A DNA stretch of 61,564 bases, the filler included, from Stramenopiles sp. TOSAG23-2 (lineage: Eukaryota): the NCBI GenBank assembly GCA_900128395.1. It is 3 parts of 3 records of this genome, joined end to end, with 100 filler letters (N's around TTAATTAATTAA, not from the genome) between each part and the next. Parts side by side here need not be neighbours in the genome. Positions count along the whole stretch, not along the records: positions 1 to 25,681 come from LT649448.1; 2 more parts are not named here. One strand, 5' to 3'. Position numbers and translations under genes: made by a program. Shown here in pieces: positions 10,321 through 21,485 of this stretch (position 1 is the stretch's first letter; every line of letters begins with the position of its first letter). The notes under the pieces are model-generated. The model was not told where the DNA came from. It made no database searches and saw only the letters and a list, made by a program, of their open reading frames with translations.

Positions 10321-12615
10321 ATGGGTGGAAATAAAAAAAATTCATCTAAAAATAAATCAAATGCTAATGATGAAAATACAAATAATAAAATTCAAGCGGT
10401 CATATTAGCTGATTCGTTTACAAATACATGTAGGCCTATTTCGTTAGAAATGCCTAAAGTACTATTTCCATTGTGCGGTACACCAATGCTTGATTACGTA
10501 TTGGAATTTTTAGAAGCTGCAAATATTGATGAAGTATTAGTTTTTTGTTCTAGTTTTCCGGAAAAAATTGAAGAATTCCTAGCAAACTCACGTTGGAAAG
10601 CAACATCATCATCATCAGATAATAATAATAATTATATGTCAAACAAAAAACAAAGTAAAGGAAATCAACCACGAAGCAATATGGTAGTAAAAACAGTTAC
10701 ATCTAGCCAAACACAGAATGCTGGAGATGCACTACGAGAGCTAGATAGCCAAAAAATGGTAACAACTGAACCGTTTGTATTAATCAGCGGGGATGTGGTT
10801 TGCAATATTGACCTTGCATCTGTTATTCAAGCGCATAAAGAACGTTTTGAAAAAGATAAGGAAAATATTATGACAGTTGTTTTGAAAAAAGCCAGTCCGG
10901 AACATCGGACACGTAGCATCGATGATGATTTAGTAGTAGTGTTAGATAGCGAGACGAAACAGATTGTGAAATATGATAATGAATATGAGCGTGGGATGGT
11001 TGATATGGAAGCATCTTTTTTTGCTGAACATGCTGGGGTAGAATTTCGATATGATTTAATGGATTGCAACGTTGATGTCTGCTCTATAGAAATGATTGCT
11101 AGGGTAGCAGATGAATATGATTACAAGGATTTAAGAAAAGATTTTATTCGTCAAGAAGTTCAAAACAAAGAGTTAGGACATAAAATTTATGGGCATATAG
11201 TGGAAAATGAATATGCTGCTAGAGTCCATGATCCAAGAACATACGATGCCGTATGCCGTGACGTTATTCGACGTTGGGCATATCCCATGGTACCAGATAA
11301 TAATTTATATGGAACATCCTTCGTATATTCACGAATAAATCGTTATAAAGAAGCTGATGTAACATTGGCATGGTCAGCAACAGTTGGTTCAGACACGGTC
11401 ATCGGGGCACGTACGAAAATAGGCAATGGTACAAAGGTAAATCAATCCGTACTTGGACGTGATTGCACTATTGGGGATAATGTTCAAATTATCGGTTCAC
11501 ACATATGGGATAATGTGACAATAGAAGATGGGGCCATAGTGGAAGAATCTATTATTTGTAATGGTGCTATAATTAGAAAAGGTGCACGTATCTCACGTGG
11601 TAGTATCATATCTTTCAATGTTATTATTGGTGAAAATTTTGTTGTAGAACCATTTGCTAAAATAACATGTGTTAGTGAAAAAAAAGAAGAAGAAAAAGAT
11701 GAATATGGGCATAGTAATAATAATAAGGGTTATAGCGATAAAAACGAAACGAATAATAACGACAGCCGAGCTTCTCCAATACCAGCGGATGAAAGTGTGG
11801 TCGGGAAAAATGGTAAAGGACGTTTGTGGCATCCATTGGAAGAAATCCATGAAGATGAAATTCAAGAAGTATATGGTGGTTCAGTCGGCAAAGCTCGTGA
11901 AATTGTATCTAAATTAAGTCGTCGTGCATCGATGGGTGCAAAAGCATTAGAAGCTGCTGTTGCAAACCGATGGCATGATTGGAAAGAAGCAGAAAATGCT
12001 GGGAGCATGATGGATGTATTAGCTGAAGTTGGTAATCAAGAAAATGCATTCGAAGATGTCGTGCTAGATATGATTTTAACTTCATATAATGAAGGGTTAG
12101 ATATTAATAATTTGGAGTTGGAAATTGGATGTTATAAACGTGCAGAAAATATGGGATGGGATGAAACCGCTGCAGCATGTATGCCTGCTATTTTAACTTT
12201 GACTGAAACGACGCAAAAAGGCGATCAAAAAGGATTAATGAAATCTATACAAGCAAAATTTAAAGAATTTGAACGTTTAATTGAGAAATTAGCAACACAA
12301 GGCGAAGAAGTCCAACATTCAATTATCAGTTCAGTCGAAGACTATGTCCTGGCAAATCCTGCGTACCTTCCACAATTTCCAGTAATATTGATGACCATAC
12401 ATAATATGAATGATACATGCGATTCAGAAGTTTTATGTGACGAAGTGTTGGAGGAATGGAAAGAACAACATGAAAAATTAGATGATTCAAACCCAGCGAA
12501 AAAATTATTAAGTAAAAATTTATTAGCATTTTTTGAACACGCAGTTGGTGTTAGTAGTGAAGAAGAAGAAGATGATGATGATGATGATGATAGTTCTGGA
12601 GAGGATAGTGACTGA
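10321..12615 (+). CDS. EIF2B5: Translation initiation factor eIF2B epsilon subunit
   Basis: QAVILADSF...PKVLFPL nucleotidyltransferase-like N-terminus, RRWAYPMVPD, hexapeptide left-handed beta-helix repeats, C-terminal W2-like domain and acidic tail. Confidence 0.95.
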   Translation: MGGNKKNSSKNKSNANDENTNNKIQAVILADSFTNTCRPISLEMPKVLFPLCGTPMLDYVLEFLEAANIDEVLVFCSSFPEKIEEFLANSRWKATSSSSDNNNNYMSNKKQSKGNQPRSNMVVKTVTSSQTQNAGDALRELDSQKMVTTEPFVLISGDVVCNIDLASVIQAHKERFEKDKENIMTVVLKKASPEHRTRSIDDDLVVVLDSETKQIVKYDNEYERGMVDMEASFFAEHAGVEFRYDLMDCNVDVCSIEMIARVADEYDYKDLRKDFIRQEVQNKELGHKIYGHIVENEYAARVHDPRTYDAVCRDVIRRWAYPMVPDNNLYGTSFVYSRINRYKEADVTLAWSATVGSDTVIGARTKIGNGTKVNQSVLGRDCTIGDNVQIIGSHIWDNVTIEDGAIVEESIICNGAIIRKGARISRGSIISFNVIIGENFVVEPFAKITCVSEKKEEEKDEYGHSNNNKGYSDKNETNNNDSRASPIPADESVVGKNGKGRLWHPLEEIHEDEIQEVYGGSVGKAREIVSKLSRRASMGAKALEAAVANRWHDWKEAENAGSMMDVLAEVGNQENAFEDVVLDMILTSYNEGLDINNLELEIGCYKRAENMGWDETAAACMPAILTLTETTQKGDQKGLMKSIQAKFKEFERLIEKLATQGEEVQHSIISSVEDYVLANPAYLPQFPVILMTIHNMNDTCDSEVLCDEVLEEWKEQHEKLDDSNPAKKLLSKNLLAFFEHAVGVSSEEEEDDDDDDDSSGEDSD

Positions 12616-13055
12616 TTATGATTTACAAATTAAATATTTATATAAAAATGTGAAAAATGTGTGCGATGTGTGTGCAAAAATAAAAAAAAATATATATATA
12701 TATATAGCGCCTATTTAAAAGATCAATAAATATATCATTATTATATAATGTGTGTGTACAGAAAAGAATATAATACTTTCGTCGTCGTATTATTTTTTAA
12801 ATGCGTTGAAGCATCTCATCGAATGTCAAAGTATGTGTGTTGTTTATTTTTATTTATGTTGGGCACCTTGGCCTTTTTATTTTTTGATGAAATATTATCA
12901 GAGTTTAGCAGGCGTATATAAGGTAAATAAATATATCAGTATGTATATATATAGAATGTACACGTAGTATTAATATATTTTTATATTTTAATTTTAAATA
13001 AAAATTAAAACACTATTTTTCAGATTTAAATACATTTTAATTACTACAATATGAT

Positions 13056-13502
13056 TTATGCAACTAATACGCAACCACCACCTGCAGCAACAATTTTCTT
13101 TTCAGCTAATTTACTGAAATAACGTGCTTTTACTACGATTGGTGCAACTGGCATACGTCCTTTGCCTAATACTTTGAAATAACCTTTGTCAGTAACATCC
13201 AATACTGGACCTTTACCGTCTCCTCTCTTTTGTGTCTCTTCTAATACACCTTCACCTAAAAGTGTCCAAAGGCGATCTACGTTCACTGTTGGGCGGAAGT
13301 TTTGATTTCTTTTCAAATGGTAATGGCGCATACCAATTTTACCGAAATAACCTGGATGGTATTTATCCATAAGAATACGATGGTGATGTTGACCACCAGC
13401 ATTACCACGTCCACCTGGATGGGAACGATGTTTACCGACACGACCGTGACCTGCACTTACATGACCGCGCTTTTTCCTGTTTTTATGAAATCTGGATGGC
13501 AT
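13056..13502 (-). CDS. RPL27A: 60S ribosomal protein L27a (uL15)
   Basis: [42 protein letters not shown]...YFKVLGKG, 148 aa. Confidence 0.98.
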   Translation of the reverse strand: MPSRFHKNRKKRGHVSAGHGRVGKHRSHPGGRGNAGGQHHHRILMDKYHPGYFGKIGMRHYHLKRNQNFRPTVNVDRLWTLLGEGVLEETQKRGDGKGPVLDVTDKGYFKVLGKGRMPVAPIVVKARYFSKLAEKKIVAAGGGCVLVA

Positions 13503-14238
13503 ATTGTGAAATAGTTATTATTATATTCTTATTATAATTCTTATTGAAATGTCTTGATATGTTCAAAAATGATTTACTACTTTGTCTATTTGTATATTTA
13601 TATCTATATTTATTTATTTATTTGTTATCTATTTGGTGGGATCCATTTTGTCAATAGTGTGTAGTGTTATTTTCATGTATTTGTAGAAATAAAATTAGGC
13701 CTCAAGAATTGACTGGTTTTGACGGCTTTACAGTGCTGTGTAAGTGCTACACAATGGTATGTAGCTGGTATTCAATTGTTTTTTAAATGACCAACTATTT
13801 GATAGAATATTTTATTCGTATAGTAGTAAGTGCAACTTCGCTTTCACGAATTTGCTTCCACAATATCAGCAGCACACACGAGTACAGACCGAAAGAGCCC
13901 ACAGCCCACAGCAGGCCAACAGCACACACGCCTCTCTCTCTCTGGCCTTGTCTTTATCCATTCTTCCAGCTTTTTTTATTGTCTTTTTCAGGATTTCGTC
14001 GTCTATGATGATGTACACATAGTAATAAATGGTGATATTACCTTCAATTTATTATTTAAAAAGAACAGAAATTAATACAGAAGACATATACGGAAATGTA
14101 CATCTCTGCATACAATAGACGAACAAAGAAAACAAGATATCATATATATTGTTTGCATAATAAATGTATCAGAGTTCTATTACACAAGAGGGATATATAT
14201 TAATAGGAAAAGAGGAGACTAAAACGAACGAACAAATC

Positions 14239-15717
14239 ATGTCGGAATCGTTAACGAAATATGATTTAACACACACTATGGCACCATTTCTAGATACACA
14301 CTTATTTTTCGATATATTCAGTCACTTTGAGAATAATAATACTAATTGCTATTTGAAAGAAGATTTATTAAATGCCAAGTTAGAATTAGTGAAACAAACC
14401 AACATGGTAGATATGGAAATGGAACTATTTCAACAATTGAATGGCAATGCTGCCGTGCCAACAGAAATGCAAGGCAAGAAAGAAGCGGTTGATAAACGTT
14501 GTAAAGACTTACATACTGCAGCTGGAAAACTAGTTGATTTAATTGAAAATGATTTTGATACCGTCAAAGAGTTAACAGAAAACGATAATTTTAACATGAC
14601 GTATTTACAAGAAAACAAGAACATCACCAATGAAAATTTAGACGCATTGTTTAAATACGGGAAAGAATTGTTCAATTGTGGGTCATACAATGAAGCGTTG
14701 TATTATTTAAATTATTACGTACGTTTAGACCCTTTCTCCAACCAAGGTTTTTCAGCTTTGTGGGGTAAACTAGCATGTAATATATTATCAAATACGGACA
14801 AAGGTTGCGATGCAGCTTATACTGATTTAAAATATATTGCTGATGAATGGGTGGATAAGTCAAAATTTTCACCAAGCATGACGTTGGAATACAGAGCATG
14901 GCTTTTGCATTGGAGTATCTTTATCTTCTTTAACAAAAACAATGCAAATGGACGTGAACAAATTGTTGAATTTTTATTGATGAAAGATAAGCATTTAAAT
15001 GCTATACAAAATTATTGCCCATGGTTATTGCGATATTTAGCAGCTGCTGTTGTCATCAATAAGAAAGGAAAACGAAGTGGTGATTTGTTGAAAAAAGTTG
15101 TACGTATCACACAGCAAGAACGCTACACGTTCAAAGACCCAATCACACAATTTGTTGAAGCATTATATGTGGATTTCGATTTTGAAGGCGCGCAAAAGAT
15201 GTTGCAAGAATGCGAGAAAGTATTTGAAGTGGATTCTTTCTTGTATAAATTTAAAGAGGAATTTATGAACAATAGCCGTTCTTTTATTTTTGAAACATAT
15301 TTTAGGATACATAAAAAAATTCACATTGATAAGGTCGCTGAGAACCTGAACAAAACGCCTGATGAGGCAGAGCGTTGGATAGTCAATTTAATTAGGAACG
15401 CACGTTTAAATGCAAAAATCAATTCTGAGGAAAAATATGTTGTCATGCAATCTAAATATCCATCCATCTATCAAAGAATGATGGAAAAAACGAAAAATTT
15501 GCAATACACAACCTATGTATTAGCTGATAATCTTAGAGAATTTTACACAGAATCACAACAGCGTGCAGCAGATTTAAAAGCTGAAAAGGAAAAATTAGCA
15601 AAAGCAAGAGAGGAAGAGGAGAAAAAAGCAGAGGAAGAAAGAAAACAAAAGGAAGAAGAGGAGAAGAAAAAAGCTGAAGCTGCAAAGCCAAAAATGGCTT
15701 GGGGTAAAGCTCGTTAA
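14239..15717 (+). CDS. EIF3E: Translation initiation factor eIF3 subunit E (INT6), PCI domain
   Basis: YDLT..MAPFLDTHL, TNMVD, ALWGKLA, RAWLLHWSIF, AERWIVNLIRNARLNAKI; ATG 14239 best matches the conserved N-terminus (ORF open from 14164). Confidence 0.95.
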   Translation: MSESLTKYDLTHTMAPFLDTHLFFDIFSHFENNNTNCYLKEDLLNAKLELVKQTNMVDMEMELFQQLNGNAAVPTEMQGKKEAVDKRCKDLHTAAGKLVDLIENDFDTVKELTENDNFNMTYLQENKNITNENLDALFKYGKELFNCGSYNEALYYLNYYVRLDPFSNQGFSALWGKLACNILSNTDKGCDAAYTDLKYIADEWVDKSKFSPSMTLEYRAWLLHWSIFIFFNKNNANGREQIVEFLLMKDKHLNAIQNYCPWLLRYLAAAVVINKKGKRSGDLLKKVVRITQQERYTFKDPITQFVEALYVDFDFEGAQKMLQECEKVFEVDSFLYKFKEEFMNNSRSFIFETYFRIHKKIHIDKVAENLNKTPDEAERWIVNLIRNARLNAKINSEEKYVVMQSKYPSIYQRMMEKTKNLQYTTYVLADNLREFYTESQQRAADLKAEKEKLAKAREEEEKKAEEERKQKEEEEKKKAEAAKPKMAWGKAR

Positions 15718-16002
15718 AAACATATACGATCGTAATATTTTTTTAAATTTAAAATAATATTTTAATTTTATGTATACGTCGTATAATTAATGCAATATTA
15801 ACCTCTTATTTTTTAATTTAACTGATATGATAATTAAAAGCTGAAGCTGCAAAGCCAAAAATGGCTTGGGGTAAAGCTCGTTAAAAACATATACGATCGT
15901 AATATTTTTTTAAATTTAAAATAATATTTTAATTTTATGTATACGTCGTATAATTAATGCAATATTAACCTCTTATTTTTTAATTTAACTGATATGATAA
16001 TT
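15669..16002 (+). repeat. Perfect 167-bp tandem duplication covering the eIF3e stop codon and 3' flank
   Basis: 15669-15835 is repeated at 15836-16002 with no differences I could see. Confidence 0.9.
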
Positions 16003-16442
16003 CCTACTCTCCAGAAAGAATACAATAACTGAGACAATAATATCTATCTCACTAAACTGAAAGATGGACACAATGAATCGTAACATTGCGATAGAGTTCA
16101 TTGAAATCCACAGAGTGTTACTTCGTATAATAATATATTTTAAATGATCTATACATATCATAATATACGAGCGTAAAAAAATAAAAAAAATATTTTCACA
16201 CAAAAAAATTATACGAGAGAGGTATGTGTTATTTTATATAATATACTCGTAAATAAAATAGCATATTCTCCTCTCCCTAAACACTCCCTAAGGACCCCCT
16301 TTACACACACGCACCACCACACATTTTAACGATTTCGCACACATACGATGTACGTTTTATATTATTTCCTCTTTCTTTGAAAAACCACAATACATATATT
16401 ATATTATTATCATAATAGATGTATTTATCAAAATGTATATTT

Positions 16443-18934
16443 TTATTCAATGTCCATGTCATCATCATCATCATCATCATCTGCATCATTCACTGTCATT
16501 TGAACAGATAGAACGTTATTTGTATTCTTCAATGGAAGATGTTTATATCATCATCATCATCATCATCTGCATCATTCACTGTCATTTGAACAGATAGAAC
16601 GTTATTTGTATTCTTCAATGGAAGATGTTTATTCATAAATTCATTATTTTCTTCCTCTGTTACACCACCAATAATTTCCATATCACTTATAAGACTTAAA
16701 TTTTCTTCATGAATACGTTGACAAGTAGCATGCGATATGTTATCAGCAATACTTGTAGTCATTGCAGAATTTTTCACAATGAAATTTTGAAACCAACCAT
16801 TATACGTATTAGGACTTCTTAAACGTATACATGAAACACGTAATAAGTTTAAACATCCAATAAAACGTTCAATATAATCTTCACCATCAGCAAATAATTT
16901 TTCAATATTCGTTTTAATACCATCTTGTGCTAATTTCAATCTTTCTTGATCTATCGTTTCCTTTTTATCAATACGGTTAATGACTTCTTTTTTAAAGTCT
17001 TCTTCTGCATATGCATATCGTATTTCAACTTTTGCGGCACCAAATAGTTGATCTGCACTAGTAATACTACCATATGTATCATTTTGATGTCGTTTATTTG
17101 ACGAATTGTTGTTATTGTTGTTGTTGTTACCATCATTATTATTGCTATCTTCAACATTATCGCCAAATACACGTTTTTTACCCCTTCGATCACTTTTCTT
17201 CTTTTGTATTGGAAATGCTTCTTTCAATCGATCAATTTGATCTTTTGCATTTGATAATATTTTTTCTGAAGGTACATACGGATCATTCATCCCTTCGCTC
17301 ATTTTTTCATCAAATTGATGTTCTGGATCTAATGCGCGTTTTATCAAAGACGTTCGATAAAAATCAAGTATTGGATTGTTAATCGTTGAAGGATTGTATA
17401 AAACTTCACCACTAGCACTTTTATTTGCAGGTTTTGTCAAATCCATCGCATCAATTACATCTTCAACAACTTTGATTTCTTCATGACTGACATCTGATAC
17501 GGGCAATGGATGGAATTGATAACTTCTAAAATCATCTTCAAATGGTATTTGATTCAAATAAAGCGATTCTTTCACTGTTCCTTTGTTCAATATTTCACGA
17601 TGAGGTGTTAAAATACAAAGTGCAGGCGTTCCTTTCCCATCTTTCTTTACATAACGCACTAATGCAACATTTTTTTTTCTCGATAACGCTCGAGTAAAAG
17701 CATTTAACATGGTTTCCCCATAGATATTACCAGATGGTGCAACGACAACGTCCGTATCGCCTTCTAATATTACTTGTCGAGGAACACTGCTTTCTGGATA
17801 ATATCCTAATACAGAAATACCTTTCAGAACGTCCATTTTAAACCCATCCGTATCGTGCTTTTCTACTGGTACGTAACTACCTCCAAAGCGCAAACCACCA
17901 ATCCTATCATGTGGTAATATTTCCTCATTCACATCTTCATTACTACGATATACGCTGTCAATTCCAATTTTTCCAATTGTATCTGGAGGTGCTCTCGATG
18001 ATCGTTTTGATGTAGTTGGCATGGATCCGGCTTTTGTCTTACAGTACGTCTCTACTGGTATCTTTAACGTTGGTGCAATAATTAATTCGCCACCTTTTGA
18101 TAACAATGGTCGTTTTATATTCGCTTGGCGTGGAAATGACCCATACAAGGATTGATTATTATCTACAATATGTACCTGTGCTTTTTCTCCATTTAATATC
18201 ATTAAACGTGAAATGATGCTGTCATGAGTTTGATCTGCAACAATATTACTGTTGTTGTTGTTGTTGTTGTTATTATTATTATTGTTATTATTCGCACCAG
18301 ATACTTCACCTTTTACATCACTAAGTCCTTGCACAAATTCTTTGTTTTGGGAACAAATTTTAACTAATTTTCCACTAGGTTCAATTAAATAAAATTCAAT
18401 TTCACAATTATCAAGTTCTCCCATTCTTTGTGTTATTGATTGTATCGAATTTTCACCATCTTGTACTTCGCCATCCTCGTTACTGTCATCATTATCTCTA
18501 CCAAAGCCGTCAGTAATAACAACAATCTTTTTCAAACTTTGCTTTTTATTTCTCGCTTCAAAATATTCCAATGCCGTCAAACAATTCTGTAATAATTCAA
18601 AATTTGATGTAAATGCATCTTTTGTAGTATCTGTGCAATAATCTTGTATGTCTTCAATATATTGTAACACTTCTTTTGATGGTCTGTGAAATAAACCAGT
18701 CTTTGAAAGCAAAGCCTTAGTAGCATCATCGTCACTATCCCTAGATATACCACCAATTTGAAAGCATATTTCATCCTTCTTTCGCGGTGGATCTCGTATG
18801 GAATAGCAAATATACAATTTCAATACATCAAGTATGGCATTGATTTTACACGTGTTCAAATGTCCAGTTATTGAATTTGGTTCTTTTCTCATAGTGGAAT
18901 TTAAATTCAATACATAGACAATATTTTCCGACAT
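16443..18934 (-). CDS. KU80: Ku80 (XRCC5) NHEJ DNA end-binding subunit; stop at 16529 as assembled, probable true stop at 16443
   Basis: vWA-like N-terminus (IVVITDG), Ku core (GLRFGGSYVPV, VALVRYV, QIPFEDDFRSYQF, YNPSTINNP), C-terminal helical domain (CLNLLRVSCI...YNGWF). Confidence 0.88.
16461..16632. repeat. Perfect 86-bp tandem duplication in the Ku80 3' end
   Basis: 16461-16546 equals 16547-16632; each unit starts with (ATC)7. Confidence 0.9.
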
Positions 18935-19246
18935 GTTGAATATGTATGTATAGTAAAATATACTGTATTTTTTTCTCCTGTGTTTTCGATTTTTATATTT
19001 ATTGTTTCCCTTTTACATTAATGTTTTCTTCGATCATCTGTTATGTAAAATATTTACAACACTTAAAGAGTATGGATTTGGCTGCTTTCCTGGCATGGGC
19101 CTAACTCTTTCACATACATGTATTAATGTACACATACACTATATTCAGACCTACACTTTTATAGGATATATATAAAATTCAATAAATATAAAATGAAATA
19201 AAATTTGTTTTTATAAACCCCCCTACATGGACTAAATACAGCACTA

Positions 19247-20932
19247 TTAAAAATGCTCATCCAACCACTCACAAAAGGAATCCTCCATATTTTCAATAAC
19301 ATCGCTCTTCGTCTTATTAAAAATCTTTACATCTTCATCATAATTTAAATGATGAAAATCAACTAATTGATCAATCATTTCATCACCATCACTACCGCCA
19401 CCATCACCACTACTATACAATGAATATATTGGTAAAACATTTGATTCTAAATTCAATTGACGTTCTGGCAATAATGCATCAGCTATCAATCTCTTCATAA
19501 ATTCATCATCATCATCATTATTCTGTATTTCATCATTCAAAACAACAACAGATGGATTTGGTGGAAATGTATTTAATAAACATAAAGCAGATAATGCATA
19601 TGATTCTAAATATTTTTGTGCTATAAAACCAAAGATTCCTTCAGCAATAACAATTGGTGGAGTCAAATCCGTAGTATTAGTAAATAAACTTGCTACGCAT
19701 GATTTAATAAGATTACTTTTTCTAGCACCATTTTTTCTACATTCTTTTGTAAATATTGATTCATCTGTAAATACAATTTCTCTTGAAAAAAATCCAAGAT
19801 TTGATATTTTTTCAATTAAATTCATATATTTTTCATTGCGTTTATTTTCTTTTGAAATTAAAAATACAATTGGTGTTGTTCTTTCATAATTTGCTATATT
19901 TAAATTTGGTTCATAATCATATGTAAACGATGACAATTTGTTAACATTGCTGCTGTTGTTATTACTATTAATATATGCTTTGTCTATAGTTTCATCTAAA
20001 TTAAACGCATAATTATCTTTTCCTAAACGAACTTTTGACATAATATCTTCCATTGATTCATTTTGCATTGCATTTATGGAAGTTTGAATCTCTGGTTGAT
20101 CTAAACGTAAAAATGGATTGTATGATAATTCTTCACCCCATGTAGAAGGTATTGTTGGGAGATTTTCATTTCTTTGCTCAATAACCCATCGTAATTTTTT
20201 ATTTAATTCCATATTGCTTGGTTCCACTGCTTGTGCAAATGCTAAATTACTAAGACTATATTCATGGCCACAAAATATTTTCGTATCCAATGGCATATTT
20301 TGCTCTTTAATACGATTCATGCTATGATACATATCTGTTCCTGTACCTTCAAAAAAACGCCCACAACCAGCTAGGAAAATCGTATCTCCTGGAAATAAAA
20401 CTGGAGTTGAACTGCTAGTGGAGTAAAATGTTACATGGCCTTCCGTATGGCATGGTGTAGATATTACATGAAACTTGAAATTATCAATTGTAATTATATC
20501 GCCACCTTTGATCATATCTGTACATCCTGGCGTTGGACCAGCATCATCTGGACCATAAATTGGCGGCGTTCGAGGAAGGCTATTATTATTATTTGTAGCA
20601 GCAGCAACTAGTTCTTGCAATTCTATATTTCCACACACGTGATCATCATGTTTATGGGTATTTAAAATGGCTATGATATTAATATTGTATTTTTCTGCAA
20701 CTTCATAAATTTTTTTTGCATCAGCTGGATCAACAACAATCCCATTTTTTGTAGTATGATCCATCAATAAATAACTGTAATTATCAGATAAAACTGGTAT
20801 TATAGCAATTTCTTTCGTTGAATTTGTTTCTAAAGAACAAGTAGTTAATTTAGTAGAAAAATATCTTTTATTTTGACGAATAATTTGTTTTGTTATTATT
20901 TTATTATATTTTTTAATGAATGTTTGTAACAT
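19247..20932 (-). CDS. HAGH: Hydroxyacylglutathione hydrolase (glyoxalase II) with mitochondrial-type presequence and extra C-terminal domain
   Basis: DNYSYL, THKHDDH, TPCHTEGH, FPGDTIFLAGCGRFFEG, CGHEY, PTIPST..EEL.YNPFLR motifs; basic N-terminal leader. Confidence 0.92.
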   Translation of the reverse strand: MLQTFIKKYNKIITKQIIRQNKRYFSTKLTTCSLETNSTKEIAIIPVLSDNYSYLLMDHTTKNGIVVDPADAKKIYEVAEKYNINIIAILNTHKHDDHVCGNIELQELVAAATNNNNSLPRTPPIYGPDDAGPTPGCTDMIKGGDIITIDNFKFHVISTPCHTEGHVTFYSTSSSTPVLFPGDTIFLAGCGRFFEGTGTDMYHSMNRIKEQNMPLDTKIFCGHEYSLSNLAFAQAVEPSNMELNKKLRWVIEQRNENLPTIPSTWGEELSYNPFLRLDQPEIQTSINAMQNESMEDIMSKVRLGKDNYAFNLDETIDKAYINSNNNSSNVNKLSSFTYDYEPNLNIANYERTTPIVFLISKENKRNEKYMNLIEKISNLGFFSREIVFTDESIFTKECRKNGARKSNLIKSCVASLFTNTTDLTPPIVIAEGIFGFIAQKYLESYALSALCLLNTFPPNPSVVVLNDEIQNNDDDDEFMKRLIADALLPERQLNLESNVLPIYSLYSSGDGGGSDGDEMIDQLVDFHHLNYDEDVKIFNKTKSDVIENMEDSFCEWLDEHF

Positions 20933-21485
20933 CTTTATGTTTGTAGTAAAATATACGAACTATATATATATATATGTATGTATTAAGTAATAATTTGACG
21001 ATGAAGATAGGAACAAAAAGGGAAGGAGGTTGTACATGCAGAAATTTTTCTGATTTTTCATCTACAAGTACAGAGTATATTGATTTCCATTTTTGTGTCA
21101 AAGTGCCATCGCTAGCTCCGTATTTATTATATTATTATTTTCCTTCGTCGAACAACACTATACTTCTTATATAAATACCTAATATTAATAATTAGAAAGA
21201 TACAAAATATATAAAATCATATAGAAAAATATTATATAAAAATATAAATTGATGGTAGTTTATTTTGCTAATAATATTTAGTTTAAGTTATAATAATTAT
21301 TCGAAAGGAAGAGATACAAATAGATACATAACAATTTTAAGAGAAGAACCACATATTATTTTTATTTTTTCAAATCATTAAATTTATATCTTCTTCATTA
21401 TTTATATATATTCAATTCTTACCCTGCATATATACATATATCGATATATACATTATCGATATATATATATATATATAAATAAAGC

